Assembly: GCF_964204645.1 (NCBI RefSeq)
Contig: NC_134033.1
Coordinates: 392,131-456,130, forward strand
Source of the DNA: Tubulanus polymorphus
Taxonomy: Eukaryota > Animalia > Nemertea
Direction: 5' to 3'
Length of the DNA: 64,000 bases
The notes under the pieces are model-generated. The model worked only from the letters and a program-made list of their open reading frames with translations, made no database searches and had not been told where the DNA came from. A program made the translations under genes and the position numbers. Shown piece after piece: positions 27,334-40,715 of this stretch (within the stretch, counting starts at the first letter, position 1; every line of letters begins with the position of its first letter).

Positions 27334-27905
27334 GTGAAAAGCCGTTTAAATGTGAATTCGAAGGCTGCGATCGTCGTTTCGCCAACAGTTCGGACAGGAA
27401 GAAACACATGCACGTTCACACGTCCGATAAACCCTATAATTGTAAAATCCGCGGCTGCGATAAAAGTTACACTCATCCCAGTTCGTTGCGTAAACATATG
27501 AAAGTCCACTGTAAATCTCCTCCTCCGTCGAATACAAACTACGACTCGTCATCCAGCGGGGACGAAGCGTCGTCGCCTATATCAGCTACGGCTCAATCAC
27601 CACCTCCACCGACTAGTACGTCACTTCCGCCACCGTCGATGACGTCATCTCAGGCTGCCGCCGCGCAACAATCGTCGACGGCGAATTCGCATAGTACGTC
27701 ACATCCGGCCAATTTAAGCGAGTGGTATGTTTGTCAGAGTGCGGCGGGTATGCCAACGCCCCCTAGTAACGATCATTCGCCGATCGGTTTGAACTCTCAT
27801 CATCACCATCATCATCATCAGCTGATGAAATCGGAGATTTTAAGTCATCATCCTCATCATCCGACTCTACATCACCCGCATCCGGCTGCAGTAGCGCAAT
27901 TCTGA
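27334..27905 (+). CDS. Zic: Zic coding exon 2 (ZF4, ZF5, Ser/Pro-rich tail, NLSEWYVC motif, His-rich C-terminus)
   Basis: Acceptor tttcag|GTGAAAAG at 27333/27334 restores the phase-1 G codon of HTG-EKPF. Then [23 protein letters not shown] and [23 protein letters not shown], and the Zic C-terminal EWYV motif. Spliced CDS is 1770 nt (589 aa from ATG 5060). Confidence 0.97.
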
Positions 27906-28215
27906 CTAGGACACAATAATAATAACAATCATCCGTCTGCTAATTATCATAAACATTCGTGAATCACAGCGACCTTGACCGCACGAACACGTGACTTCAG
28001 TCGTGTCGTATCGATCACTTCCGGTACGTGGTTCGACCTCGACCGCGGAAGGATATGTCAGAGTAATGTATGTGTAAATAGATTTTTTGTGTAAATGTAA
28101 ATTTTGTAAAAAGAGAGTAAAAAATATATAACATTGATAAAATTGTGGGGTTAAAGAAAAAGAGTATTTAATATTTTAGAAGCGCGAACATGTTAAATAA
28201 AGTCTAGAATAGGAA
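27906..28215 (+). promoter_or_regulatory. Zic 3' UTR with UGUA cluster, Pumilio-type element and polyadenylation signal
   Basis: TGTAAATA at 28073-28080, several more TGTA motifs to ~28110, AATAAA at 28196-28201. Confidence 0.45.
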
Positions 28216-31200
28216 TTGATTCTATTCAGATAAAGAGCGCTTTAAAACATATCAATATCGGGCATAATTTCATGGTTGAAATATTGAAATATTTCAGTAT
28301 AGAAAATTTCTCTATCGAGGCTGAGACGTAGGCACATCCGGTTTAGGGTCCTATGATCTAGGAATTTTAGGGCTCTACCGTATAATTATGAGGGTCTTGT
28401 TTTTAGGGTCCTAAACGATTCTTCCGATATCACTATTCGTTATTGACAATCAACGTAGGTTTAGCAGGTTTTAAAATATGCGTTTAATGCCGAGGTATAT
28501 GGGTATGAACTCTTTACTAGCCAAGTTAATCCCTCGTTTAATCTATAGATTTAGAAATTTTTCATTTTAAATGAAAATTACTTTTTCCGTTAAACCTCAA
28601 AATCCGTATCGCAACAATTTTTGTCAAATAATGAATCAGTCAGAATCACAATATCAGTGATGAAACAATGTATGTAAAATCCAACACTATTTTGAAAGAC
28701 TAAACCGTTTGTAAAAAATTTCCGAAACATTTCTAATATCTTAAACTTTTCATTTTTTCATAAATTATGGGATTTTGGATTTATTTCACCGCATAATATT
28801 TCTGAAACTGATACAAGGAACTCGGGCTATTGTTGTAAAAGGGTAGCGGCAGTAGCAGCAGCAGCAGCAGCAGCAGCAGGAACCCATCCTCTCCCACGGT
28901 ATAAAGAATATTGTAATCGAGCAAGAACAGACGTTAAACCTGCAGGGCATCATAGAACAGACCCACTCCAGTAAATTAATTCATTTCTGTTAAGAGCTAT
29001 AAGCGAATATAGCTCCGCCGATTTCCGACCCATTTCGGGCACTTGTCACGTGACGGTTGATTAACCTCCGCTAGCGGAGAACGAGTGGTCGATGTCGTTA
29101 CGCGGCTCGCTATTGTGTTATCTCTCACTAAAACACAAACGCGTCGTTGGTCGCCTGAACGAAACGTCGATTCACGCGACACTTCAATAGATTATGCGTC
29201 GAGAGTTGTTGAACATTTTTGCCGTCAATTTATCTTTTAGGAAAAAAAATACAGGATACTAGTGGCGCCCGAAAAAACCGAGATGATTCTGAGGGCATTA
29301 GAACCACTTCACTAGCAGTTCAATCCTATTCATTCTTCATCTAGTCATTAAATATTTTTAAAAAAGATGTAAAATTAGTCACATTTTCGGCCGAGTTTTG
29401 TTAGTTTGAAAGGGGACTGATTATATTTCGGTATCTCTCAGAGAAGGGAGATCAGGTTTTGAGTATAGACCGGGAGTTTAAGGGTGTCGGCTGCTATTGT
29501 GCGTGTATTGTGACGGGTCAATATGGCGATGTTGTAAAACATGAATTTCATTGTCAAACTGTCGCACAATGATTTAAAGGCCCGATAAAGAGTTGAGTTG
29601 AGTTGTGACAGACTCCTGTTTCTGGTCGGGGTTAAAACCGCCGAACAATAGAAAACGATTCATAAACGTTAAAAGGTATTAATGTGCGATGTGATGGCGG
29701 GGCCAGGCGGGCAGGCGGCTTCTCTTGCTCTCTCTCTCTCTAGGGCCCGATATTTAATTCTACAATCATCCGTCACATTTAAACATCAGGCCCCGTAATT
29801 ACCGCTTACAAACAACTGCGTTTATTCTACCGGAAGTTATCACCCGTCACCCGTCATGCATCGCGACGTGTAACGGCCCTAACCGTCTGTGCCCGGATTT
29901 CAAAATTCAAAAATCGTCCTCCGTAACCACTACGAATACAGTCTCCCTATACGTGTATGTAAATATGTAATAATCAAATCCATGACGTATATTCTTCCTA
30001 GAAAACAGATGTTACATTTATTTTATATGCGACGTACATAAAACCCGTACATTCACATAGATCAGACATTGAATAGTTCAACACTAATAATATATTCAGT
30101 TTTCAATTATTCTGATATTTTCTAAAAAGAAACGAACTCATTTGAACTCGACGGGGACGCGATTTATCAGTTTTAATTGGTAAAAAAATCGACGCTAAAT
30201 TTGAATTGATATAAAAATGGACTTTTTAAAATAACGGGCTTTATATCTATAATTCTGTTTCAAGGGATTCGACTAATTCCAACTGCGAAATACTGAGTTC
30301 AGAATTAACTCATAGGCCGTGTCAAAGTCAGATTTAGCGCATAAACGTAGAACTTGGTTCAGATTCAGTCTCGGAAATTTATACGCCTATAACCCCTATA
30401 TCTCTGTTCTAGAAACTAATGCAAGAAAAAGATCATGATCTAAATTTGTATCGTTTCTCTAATTCGGCGGTTCCGGTGTCACGTGATCGCGCACGAGTGC
30501 CGTAACTATGCCTTAAATGATCTCAAAAATATTGTGTTTATTTTTTTTTTTGTTCAAGCTACGATCGCGGATGTTGATTTCTAGAATCAGACTCTCGATA
30601 CTGTGCGATCACTACGATCACGTGTCGTCTGCCTATATTCCCTGCTGTTGATACCTAATGTTCTTCCTACTGATTAACTATAAATCTATAATTATGACAA
30701 TAATATAATGACAAAATGCAGAACATATTCTTGTACAAAGCGAAAAATTTATCTGTTGTAAAATGCCAAATAAAAAAAAAGATTCTATCAAAATTAAGAA
30801 ACGGTTTAGAATTTTTTCATTCATTTTGTTCGCGATTTTCTCATCGCCGAATCGGTTTTAATCCTAGAGAGCAGATTTTATTCTGCAGTTTTGTGGTGCT
30901 TTATTTCAGCAGCAATGTGGAGACCCTTCAGACTTGATCGAAGCCCATTTTTGCATTGATTCTAAAATCGATTCAAATTCGTCTTGAAGTTGGTAACTAC
31001 TAATTCCAAGTCAAATTTTTCAGCGGATTTCTACTCGCAGTTCTCTTAACCGTCGAAATGGATCCAGACTTTTTGTGAAACCGAATTTTCGATTTCACTC
31101 CCTTCATAAATTCAGTCTATATTGAATCGATTTAGGAATAAGAACAATCCTTTTAGCGAAACCGTAACCCGGGATTGGGGGGACTCGGTGAGATATGCGG

Positions 31201-33149
31201 TTCCGTCGTGTTAACGGTGATGACACGTTGACAGATTGACGACAATGAGGATTTAATTAGAGGAAATGACATCTCGACTGAAGAGGAGGTGGAGGAGGTG
31301 GAGGAGGACAGAGCTATAGTTGTCGAAGATGACACCGCCGCTTTTGAAGAATTGACAAATTGACGACGCGATCTACACGTACACGTATAGTTTGTTGAGT
31401 TGAAATTCGTGAATATTTTCAATAGATTCTGAGTGGAACTTGAGTGGAATTTGAGTGGAATACGCGATTATAATCGAGAGGTCATTTTAAACTAGATAGA
31501 AGTTTAATGAGCCGTGTGTTATATTAGAGCCGTATCCAATAGACATCCACCCCCTCAACCCCCATATGTCATCATTTCAACCTCAAGAGTAATTATTATT
31601 CATCAATTGATTTGTCTCCGCTGGAAAAGGAAAACTATTGAATGAACCGTTCCCTCGTCAAGATGTCTGCCTCTATAGACTCCACCAATGACATCATCTT
31701 TAGTCGAATAGCAGACCTAGGTTCACAACTATGGAGCCCAACACGACTATGGATCCCTATGGGTCCATGGTTGAAACAGACCTAATTCTAAACTTGCCCC
31801 CCCCCTCATAAACACAACGTGAAACAGACAGCTAGAAAACCAAATCCCCCACAATCTAACCCTAACACCCCCCCCCCCCCCCCTCTATGACGTCAGGGGT
31901 GGAGAGATATTTATCTACTGTGGAATGAATGGATGAAGAATCTGTCGAGTAATTTAATGAGACCTCGTTCAATAGGCCTAAACGAATAATCATTAGACCT
32001 AACGTTGTTTTTATGAGGTGAATCTGATGATGAGGCTTGGTCTCTGCGTTAATGAATCGATGATTTATTGGACGCCGATTTCAGATATCATTTCATTCAA
32101 TGAATGTATATTAAACCCGATAGATGAACGGTCCCGTCTCCCGCCTGTACGCCCTGTAAACCCCCACCGCTCGAAATCATGAAACCAAACCGACAAAAAA
32201 ATGAAAGTTAAAAGCCATATCCGTTCGAAACGCTTTTCCCTAATTACCGAAACCCGTCCGCCGTACCCCCTGCGCCCCCTACTGTATGAATCATCCATTA
32301 GCATCACCGAGCACTTCCGGTATACACTCGTTTTCCAAATACGCCTTACTTTCTCCTCGAATAGCGATAGCGGTACGCCCCCTAGCGAGCGGTATCCGCT
32401 GTAAAGTGATGAAGCTTGTCGAGAGGGTTGTGTCGGTGATATTCTAATGCGACGCTTTCAGCCGCTACTGCTGCTGCTGCTGCTGCAGCTGCAGTATAAT
32501 TGCATCAGTTTGTGTATAATGTTAATATGAATCAGTGAATCAATGACGGGTTTCTATCGATGGTACGACTCGTTTTGTTATCCTTAATACACGATACAAA
32601 ATACTGATGGCAGTTAGTAATAGTAATTCTGTGGTCTCCTCCGTTTTCAAATATTACGCGGCGCGATATAATGAATAAATTCACACGTTTCGAAGTCGTG
32701 TCAGTTTTGATTAGCGGTTTTTATGCAGAGTAGTCGCCGACACTGAATAAAATCCGTATTTGATTTTTTTCGCTGCTGCTAATTTCTGTATCCTGTAATA
32801 TGATTTTATACCGATCCCAATAATTGGGTTTTTTAAGGGTTTTATTGAGAAATGTTTAGAGAATATTTTTTTCTTATAGATGTTTCAATATTGAATCCTT
32901 CCTCACAGGTGAAATAGGGGGGGGGGGGAATTAATCATTTGGGATAATTCTCAAACCTAGAGAAAAGATGATTATAATTCAAACACACTTCATTTGAAGA
33001 TTGATACAGATTCAAACTATTACAACTAAAATGTGTTTATAAGATCGAAAAAAAATCGGGAAATGTTTGAGTCGTATTTAATTCTAGTTCTAGGTGAATT
33101 TGGGTTTATCGAAACTAATGGATTCTCATCATATTACAAGATAAATCTG

Positions 33150-33233
33150 ATATCTTAATATTCTAACTTATAGTGCATATCTTAATATTCTAACTTATAG
33201 TGCATATCTTAATATTCTTACTTATAGTGCATA
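33150..33233 (+). repeat. 27-bp tandem repeat x3
   Basis: Unit atatcttaatattctaacttatagtgc. Confidence 0.9.
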
Positions 33234-33904
33234 TTGGATTATTAGAATATAAAATCGTGTCATATTTAGATTGGGCACCTTTCATTGATATTATGACATT
33301 TAATAATTAAAGTTACTTTGTACTTTGTATTAATATACTTATATTATATGTTATAATTTCTTCCAAAAATAAAGATTATTATTATCATTATATCTAGATT
33401 CTGATTTACTGGCCGGGAAAACATGGATGTTTTATGGATTTTCATGATATATCACTTGATTAATGAAAATGTGCTCCAGATTTAGATAGATTCTCAAAGT
33501 TAATCTATCCGAAATTCGGAACTAAAATGTGTTAATCCATCATTAATCAGACATCGCGTCATCGGATCATATTCCGGGTATTTGTTTTCAAATCTTTATT
33601 TACACGAATATTATTTAAATATCGTCACGAGTTTTATTCCGTTGGTTCATCATGCGTCATATTATTATATGGTATCATATTTCATGTTCTGAACGCAAAT
33701 ATTTCAGGATTTTCACATAAAAATAGAACAACCGTCAACATAAATAATATATATTTAACCCAAATAGGAATTAGGACTAGAGGACTAGAAGCTATACAAG
33801 AAAATGAATTATTATTATCATTATTATTAATTTCATTATTATCATCATTATCATTGTATTAAACTAGAAAAATTAGAAAATTTTTAGAATATCTCGATAT
33901 ATTG

Positions 33905-34145
33905 GAACTATTCATTGACTAGTTTTAACTGTAGTTGAACTATTCATTGGCTAGATTTAACTTGATTCGAACTATTTATTGACTAGTTTTAACTATAGTT
34001 GAACTTTTTATTGACTAGTTTTCTATAGTTGAACTGTTCATTGACTAGTTTTTACTATAGTTGAACTATTTATTGACTAGTTTTAACTATAGTTGAACTA
34101 TTTATTGACTAGTTTTAACTATAGTTGAACTATTTATTGACTAGT
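33905..34145 (+). repeat. 32-bp AT-rich tandem repeat, ~7 copies
   Basis: Unit ctatagttgaactatttattgactagttttaa. Confidence 0.9.
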
Positions 34146-35044
34146 GTTAGTTAAAAATAGACTGACATTTGTTGAAATAAGCCATCAATACAATCTATGA
34201 ATTCGCTAACTACTAAACTCCGTTCTTCCAAGTTTGGCGAATAAATTCATTTAGAAATACGCGACCTTTGAAATATTTCAAACATCTTTACTTACAATAT
34301 AGTTTTTCTAATTATGTTACCCTGCAGTAACTTGTGTTCTGAGCTCATGATTGTTTGTAATGATTTTTGTGAAGCTATAAAATCTAACCCTAACCTAACT
34401 CAAAACAAAATCTGAACAAAACGCACAGTATTATACAGATTGATGAAAGTTTTTAAAATCGAAATGACGCGACGTTTCGAACTCTCACTAGCGATCATCG
34501 TCATTTGGATTTTTCATTGAATAATCATTGAATAATTTCTTGATTTTAAAACTCTTTAATCTGTAAAATCTACTTATGGTTTTTGTGTTTGAGTTTTCGT
34601 GTATAATTCTAACACAAATCTAGATGATTAGTTTAATAGAGAATATCAATGTATGTTTAACCTACGAAATGTCTATAAAACCCGTACGTGTTTCGTTTTT
34701 ACTTTAGAATATGCAATTATTACCTTTAAACAGAATCAAGTGTTTAAATGATTATATCCTATGCTGTCTGATATAATTTGCTGTCCGCCTCTATAAACCG
34801 ATTGCTCGTAGTCAAAAAGCCTATAGAACTGATGGATGTGGGATAAAGCGTAGAAATGAAGACCAGTAGAGACTAAGATATTCGTGGTTCCACTATTCAT
34901 CACACGTCGTCAAGCTGTGTTCCATTCTAAATAATAATATACAGCCGGTTTTTTATCGCTTTTTCTTTCACGTATTTGAAAGCGTTTAGAATCATCTATA
35001 ATTGGTCAGACGTTCCGTCAGGGGAAGGGACTCGTAGGGAGAGA

Positions 35045-35253
35045 GTCACCAAACTTGGTACCATCTGACCGGTCACCATAGCTAAACGGTCACCGCACTG
35101 ACCGGACAAACCTCCAAACTCAGTCAATCACTTCTGGTCTATGGTCTAGTGGTTAGCATGCTCGACTGGCATGCTGGAGGTCTGGGGGTCGAGTCCCAGC
35201 TAGGGTTATGGTCTCGACCCAGCTAGGGTTAGGGATACAGACGATCTAGGGTT
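35045..35253 (+). mobile_element. Dispersed repeat with internal tRNA-like (A/B box) segment followed by TAGGGTT repeats, copy 1
   Basis: 35136-35207 GGTCTATGGTCTAGTGGTTAGCATGCTCGACTGGCATGCTGGAGGTCTGGGGGTCGAGTCCCAG. Homologous to minus-strand copies at 61.2 and 63.2 kb, including upstream flank (ggtcaccgcactg...acaaac). Confidence 0.7.
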
Positions 35254-36420
35254 GTGGACCAGATGAGGCGAAGTAAACTTTGCCGTCGAAACTGCATCTA
35301 TTTTTTATGCTCTATATCCGATCTATCTTATAGCAATGCGAAGTAATATTTTCTCACCCGATTTTTTCATTCCTAAACTTCACCAAGCATATTTTTGTTA
35401 TGTATTTAACCTGTTAAATTAAAAGCTATTTCAACCAGTCCGAATATTAAGCATATTATATTTATTCATTTATTTATCTATTATAGATCACAGGCGGATA
35501 ATTCATGGAATATCTATCCATATATATTAATTCTCGCACAAATCACTAATGGACCATCAGGCCCTGGGTCTTTATCCCCTAGAGGACGTTCAACAGGAGC
35601 ATGCACGGGTAAGCGAGGATCCGTATATACCGAATCGTACCGGTTGACCCAGCATTTAAATAAGTTGTAACGGTGATTGGTCTAAAACTGTGAAACAGAC
35701 CTGGTACGCTGATAAGAGGGGTAAGACTCAGCGGTAAGGGATTAACGTTTTGGTTTCTATTACCGTCAATATAACAGCGGCTTATCCCTGGATTATCCTC
35801 CGTCTGTTACTGGTGGATGATTGGAAGAAGCTGCGCGCGCAGCGGGTATCGGTAGATTCGCGAGGGAACGATTGTTACGCCGGAGTAAAGTTTTCTCTAC
35901 CCCGAGTTTTAAATCAGTTGTTGCACGTTTTTTTTCAGTTTTGTTTTCGAATCTAATCTGAAACTGGAACATATTATTTATCGCTAGATTTGTTTCCATT
36001 TTCGAAATTCGGTTGATTTTATAGTTTCAAACGAACTATTAAAGAATTATTTTCAAAAAGATTTCTAATTAAAATTCGGAGTTGAGTGGAATTAAAGTTG
36101 TCGTTTGAATTGTAATTGTTTGTTTCGGTAAAAACTCGTTTTTTCGAATTTTCGTAGCGCCTGAAATTTCTATAATTCCAGATTTATTTCTTAACTTATA
36201 TGTATCGTACCGGAATTGACGTCACTTCCGTGTTTGTCACCTACATATAGGTATTAATAACCTGTGTTCTCGAGTAGGCGCAGGAAGTTGCGCCTGAAGA
36301 CCTCCCTGGTTTGACGTCAAACATGAAGGCGCGACCGCCTCAAAATAATCGTGAAAATTTATTCAGAATTATCACGAGAAATGGATCCGCTGGTTATAAC
36401 ACGTTAAAGCATGCTGGAAA

Positions 36421-36668
36421 TAGAGGTGTGAGGGGGAGGAGAGAGAGAGGACAGAGAGAGCAGAGATAGGAGAGAGGAGAGTGAGGGAGAGGGGAGAGGG
36501 GGAGAGAAGCGAGGAGAGAGAGAGAGGAGAGAGGAGAGAAGGGAGGAGAGGGGAGAGGGGGAGATGGAGATGAGAGGAGAGAGGGGTGTGAGAGGGGAGA
36601 GAGGAGAGAGAGGGAGAGGGAGAGAGAGAGAAAGAGAGGGGGAGAGGTGAGGAGGGAGAGAGAGGGGA

Positions 36669-36727
<59 letters not shown>

Positions 36728-37023
36728 GAGGGGGAGATGAGAGGAGGGAGGAGAGGGGAGAGGGGGAGATGAGAGGAGAGAGGAGAGAGGGGTGTGAGAG
36801 GGGAGAGAGGAGAGAGAGGGAGAGGGAGAGAGAGAGAAAGAGAGGGGGAGAGGAGTGGAGGGAGAGAGAGGGTAGAGGGAGAAAGAGAGAGAGAGGGGGA
36901 GAGGGAGAGGGAGAGGGAGAGAGAGAGAGAGAGGGGGAGAGGAGAGGAGGGAGAGAGAGGGTAGAGGGAGAGAGAGAGAGAGAAGAGAGGGGGAGAGGAG
37001 AGGAGGGAGAGAGAGGGTAGAGA
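36421..37023 (+). repeat. 600-bp polypurine (GA-rich) tract with internal ~200-bp duplications
   Basis: Almost purely G/A; block gagaggggtgtgagaggggagagaggagagagagggagagg recurs at ~36580 and ~36786. Confidence 0.95.
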
Positions 37024-37269
37024 TGGCCGGCTCATGAAAGAAAGAGAGCTTCAATAAAAAAGTGTCGTCGCGACACCTTTCATATTTCACAGTATATTGA
37101 ATAGTGAATAGTCAACAAGTGAAGAACATGTATTTATCACAGCGGGTGACGACGGCTCAATGCGTTATACAGAACAAACTGTACATTTATCCATCGTTTA
37201 AAACGTACATCATTAGCAAACACACTACATACAGTCAGTCAGCGAGTTTAATTGCAAATGGGCGGTACA

Positions 37270-37282
37270 CGCCCCCTGGTGG
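37270..37282 (-). promoter_or_regulatory. CTCF-type consensus motif CCACCAGGGGGCG
   Basis: cgccccctggtgg on + strand; exact match to the core CCASYAGRKGGCR consensus. Binding not shown. Confidence 0.45.
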
Positions 37283-40200
37283 TCACTTAAAATGTTAAAT
37301 CTCTGGGAACGGTCATAACGATTTGTGATCGGGTATTGTCAGGCAGCGGCGGTTTGGTTCCGATAAAATTGGACAAAAAAAAAACATCGAGCGAATTGTT
37401 AGAGGACGCTTAGTTAACAATCTGACTGACAATCATCGTGACAATAATACTGACAATCATCGTGACAATCACACGATAATCTGCAACAAGTAAATATCGG
37501 TGAATTCTTCTGTTGCTTCGATTCAACTCCGTGAAGATGTATTTTTGCGTTAAACAATTCACAAATTGTCTGAACAAAAAATTATTGAAAGCAATTTTCC
37601 TGAAGCTTCCAATAAAGCTGATAAAAGCGAGCGAGGTTTTTTTCTAATTTCTTGCATTGATGGTAAAATATAAAACTTTTTCAAAATTTGTCAAATATTT
37701 CCTACAAATTATGACATTTTCTAAACTTCCCCAAAATAGTTTTCAATCTAAAATCATAACGTACCGTTTCAAAATCATTTTCAACACTGCTAAAAAATTA
37801 TCTCGCGCTAAAAACTATCCGGCGGATTAAACTTAACCGTGGATTAGGTAATCCATTAAACAGATTGACAAGTTATTCCATGTTAAAGGTGTCAAAACGA
37901 TAAAACGAATTGTAAAGGTGTCTGCGCCGCCGGATCTGCGCTAGACACTTCAACCCCACACGGGCACCTGTTCACAAAAGGCAAACGTCTGCCATAACGT
38001 CTCCGCGAGGGGAATTCACGAGACTCCTTCACCACGGTCCATATCTCCGTTATCAATAGTTTGTTGTGGCGGTTTTATTTTCTCCTAAAGCGAGTATTTT
38101 GTTCTATGTAGCCGTGAGTTGTAATGATCGGTTAAATCTACGTGGAGTCGTATTATATTTGAAGTGGTTCGTGGTGACAGTATAAGAGAAGGACGGATAA
38201 CGGCGAGCCCTTCTTTCTAGACGTAACGTCTCCAGTTTTACAAATCACTGCTCGCTAACTTCAATTACGTTTCACACTCTATAAAAAGATGGAATTTTTT
38301 CCACCAAAAATTCGTCTACAAACTTGAACGAGTTCAATTTGATCACGGAAAAAATGTTCGTACAAATTTGTCCATTGAAAGCTTACGGTATGAAGGAAAA
38401 TGAATTTTGATGAGTACACGGAACGTCAGGGTTATGCTGTTCCGTATGGTAATGATTTGTAAAATAATTTTTGAAAAATCTAGAATGAAATAATTTTCAC
38501 TTCATGCGAGCAGTTCTACAAAGGTTCTCAGTTTAATAGAACTAACTTTCGGTGTTTTAGGGTTCAATTTGAACCAACAAAAGAACGAACTAACTAACGA
38601 ACCAGGTGTCCTGCTAAAAACCTCAGTTCGGAAAGAGCACAAACCCGTCCTTCATAACGTCGCTGTTGGGACCAATGCAAAACACTGCGTTATAAACATC
38701 ATCTATTTTACAATATTTTTGTACTAATTCCTACTACTTTATATTGTAATTTAATTCGTAAATAAAACATCAACATCATAACGAATTTTGCAGAGTTACA
38801 AAGAATTATATTTTCATCGACTCCGAATTAGATTCGGTAAATTTATTTTCTGAAAAAAATGTTGCCGTTAAGCAGCGCTCAGTGGCATTAACGGGTGGCA
38901 GCTTTATAACGGATATTGACTGCATAGTGAATACTATATCTTAAAAATAACGGTATTTTCTAAACACATCAATCAATTCTGTCTATATTCATATCTACAT
39001 ATATAAATTACATGCACCCGCTATAGTTTTAACGTGCTTTGTTTTTCTTGCGAGTTTCACCCAGAAACTAAACGCTCGGAATCGCCGCGTAAATTAGCAA
39101 ATCTTACTCGCCGGATCTATTTACTTACCGGGCTAGGTCCCAGTCAATCATCTCTACAATTGAGCTTATATTGGCGACCCCCGTCGCGGTGCACTCGTTA
39201 ACCCCCGAATATTAACCGAATGTTACGCGCATTGTGCCTGCTTTACCAAAACAATAAACTCGTTTTATATCGGGCGTTTCGAATGAGAGAAACTGAGAGA
39301 GAGAGAGAGGGCTGCGCCTATTGGTGACGACGGTTCATAATTCGGCGAATATTTCGTTTCGCTGTGGTCGTGATTTTTCAGGAAATTCGCGGCGTTAAGC
39401 GTGTGAATTTCTTATAATAATCAAACGCATTCTTAACACAATCCCTGTTAACACAATCCCACCAATACACAGCGTTTAGTCTCAATAGGCTGTGTAGGCG
39501 CTGATGGACCCCTCCCCCGTATTCGAGTTTTAACAATCGACACAGAACTTAGAGAGAACATTTTAGAATAAATCGATTTGGTTTAAATCAAATTGTTCGG
39601 ATTTAGAGGTAAAATCCTGCAACTGTTGAAAAGTAAAAACCAATCTGTTGGGATTTTTATTCCAATCTATTTTGAACATTTATAAAAAAAAAATAGTATG
39701 CTGTACACTGCTAGGGGACCGTGCGAGGGAACTCACTGAGGGAACACTGCGAGGGAACTCACTGAGGGAACTCACTGCGAGGAACACTAAAAAGGGACCC
39801 ACTGAGCTGCCACGTGCGCGGAGAACTTCCACTATATCTGTATAAATCAAGATCGGATGATTTTAACTATTTTACAGTTTTATGCTAAATAGACAAGTGC
39901 TGGCGCGATAAGGGGGGAGGGGGGTAGAAATTCCTAACTCATTGTGTGGTCCGCAAAAAATTAACATAAATAACCCCCCTGATGAGGGATATAGGCTGTT
40001 CCTAGTTAACGCGTTGTGTGTGGATTCAGTAATGTTTCGGGTTTTTAAGGCAGGGTCGATTCTATCCCGTAACCCGAAAAACTTCTATAATTAGAACATA
40101 GAAATCAAGAAATGCATTTTTCTAATTATTCAGATTAAAATTTGGATAATTATTTCGAGAAACTCATGTCAACTTCTATGAATAGTGTGATAATGTCAAG

Positions 40201-40715
40201 AAAACATTTAAATGCGGGATTCGAACCCGATTAATGAATGTTGTCGAACTTTTTCGGTACTATCGTTGGCCTGTATGTTCGGTCAGCCCGATATAGGGTC
40301 CATGGGCCTGTATGGTAACCAGCTCAATCTTAGGGCCCCACAGGAAATTTATTATTGCCCTGAATTGAGCTGTTAATGTGAAATACATTTTCGATGGGAT
40401 TTTTCTTGTCTTTTACTGTTTTAGGACAATTCGTTTCTCTGCGATGATAAGCACAGTCTGTATGTGATAAGCAGGTAAGCGGGTAAGAGGAGAACCTGTC
40501 AATCAAACAATCAAACGCTATCTGAATGGCGTTAGGTAATACACCCGGATGTAGCCAGCAGGCCGCGTCGAAGGTCACGTGATGCCCGCCGCAATTAACA
40601 CGTCAAATAGTCTGCAGCTACTGTGTGAGGGTAAAACCGTTTATAAAACTGTAGCAGGAGTCAGTGAGGTGTATCACTGTCGAGAGACCTGTCAGTCAAA
40701 ACTACACCGACAAAC

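Noticed and set aside
35136-35207. Functional tRNA gene
   Set aside because: Acceptor stem barely pairs, T loop is GGTCGAGT rather than TTCGA, the anticodon region differs between copies, and it lies inside a dispersed repeat.
36394-37090. Ser/Leu/Pro-rich and Glu/Arg/Gly-rich ORFs
   Set aside because: Translations of the GA/CT low-complexity tract.
39979-40017. Hammerhead-like CTGATGA + 6-bp stem + AACGCGTT
   Set aside because: The GAAA core is missing (TAGTTAAC instead); at best a heavily decayed relic.
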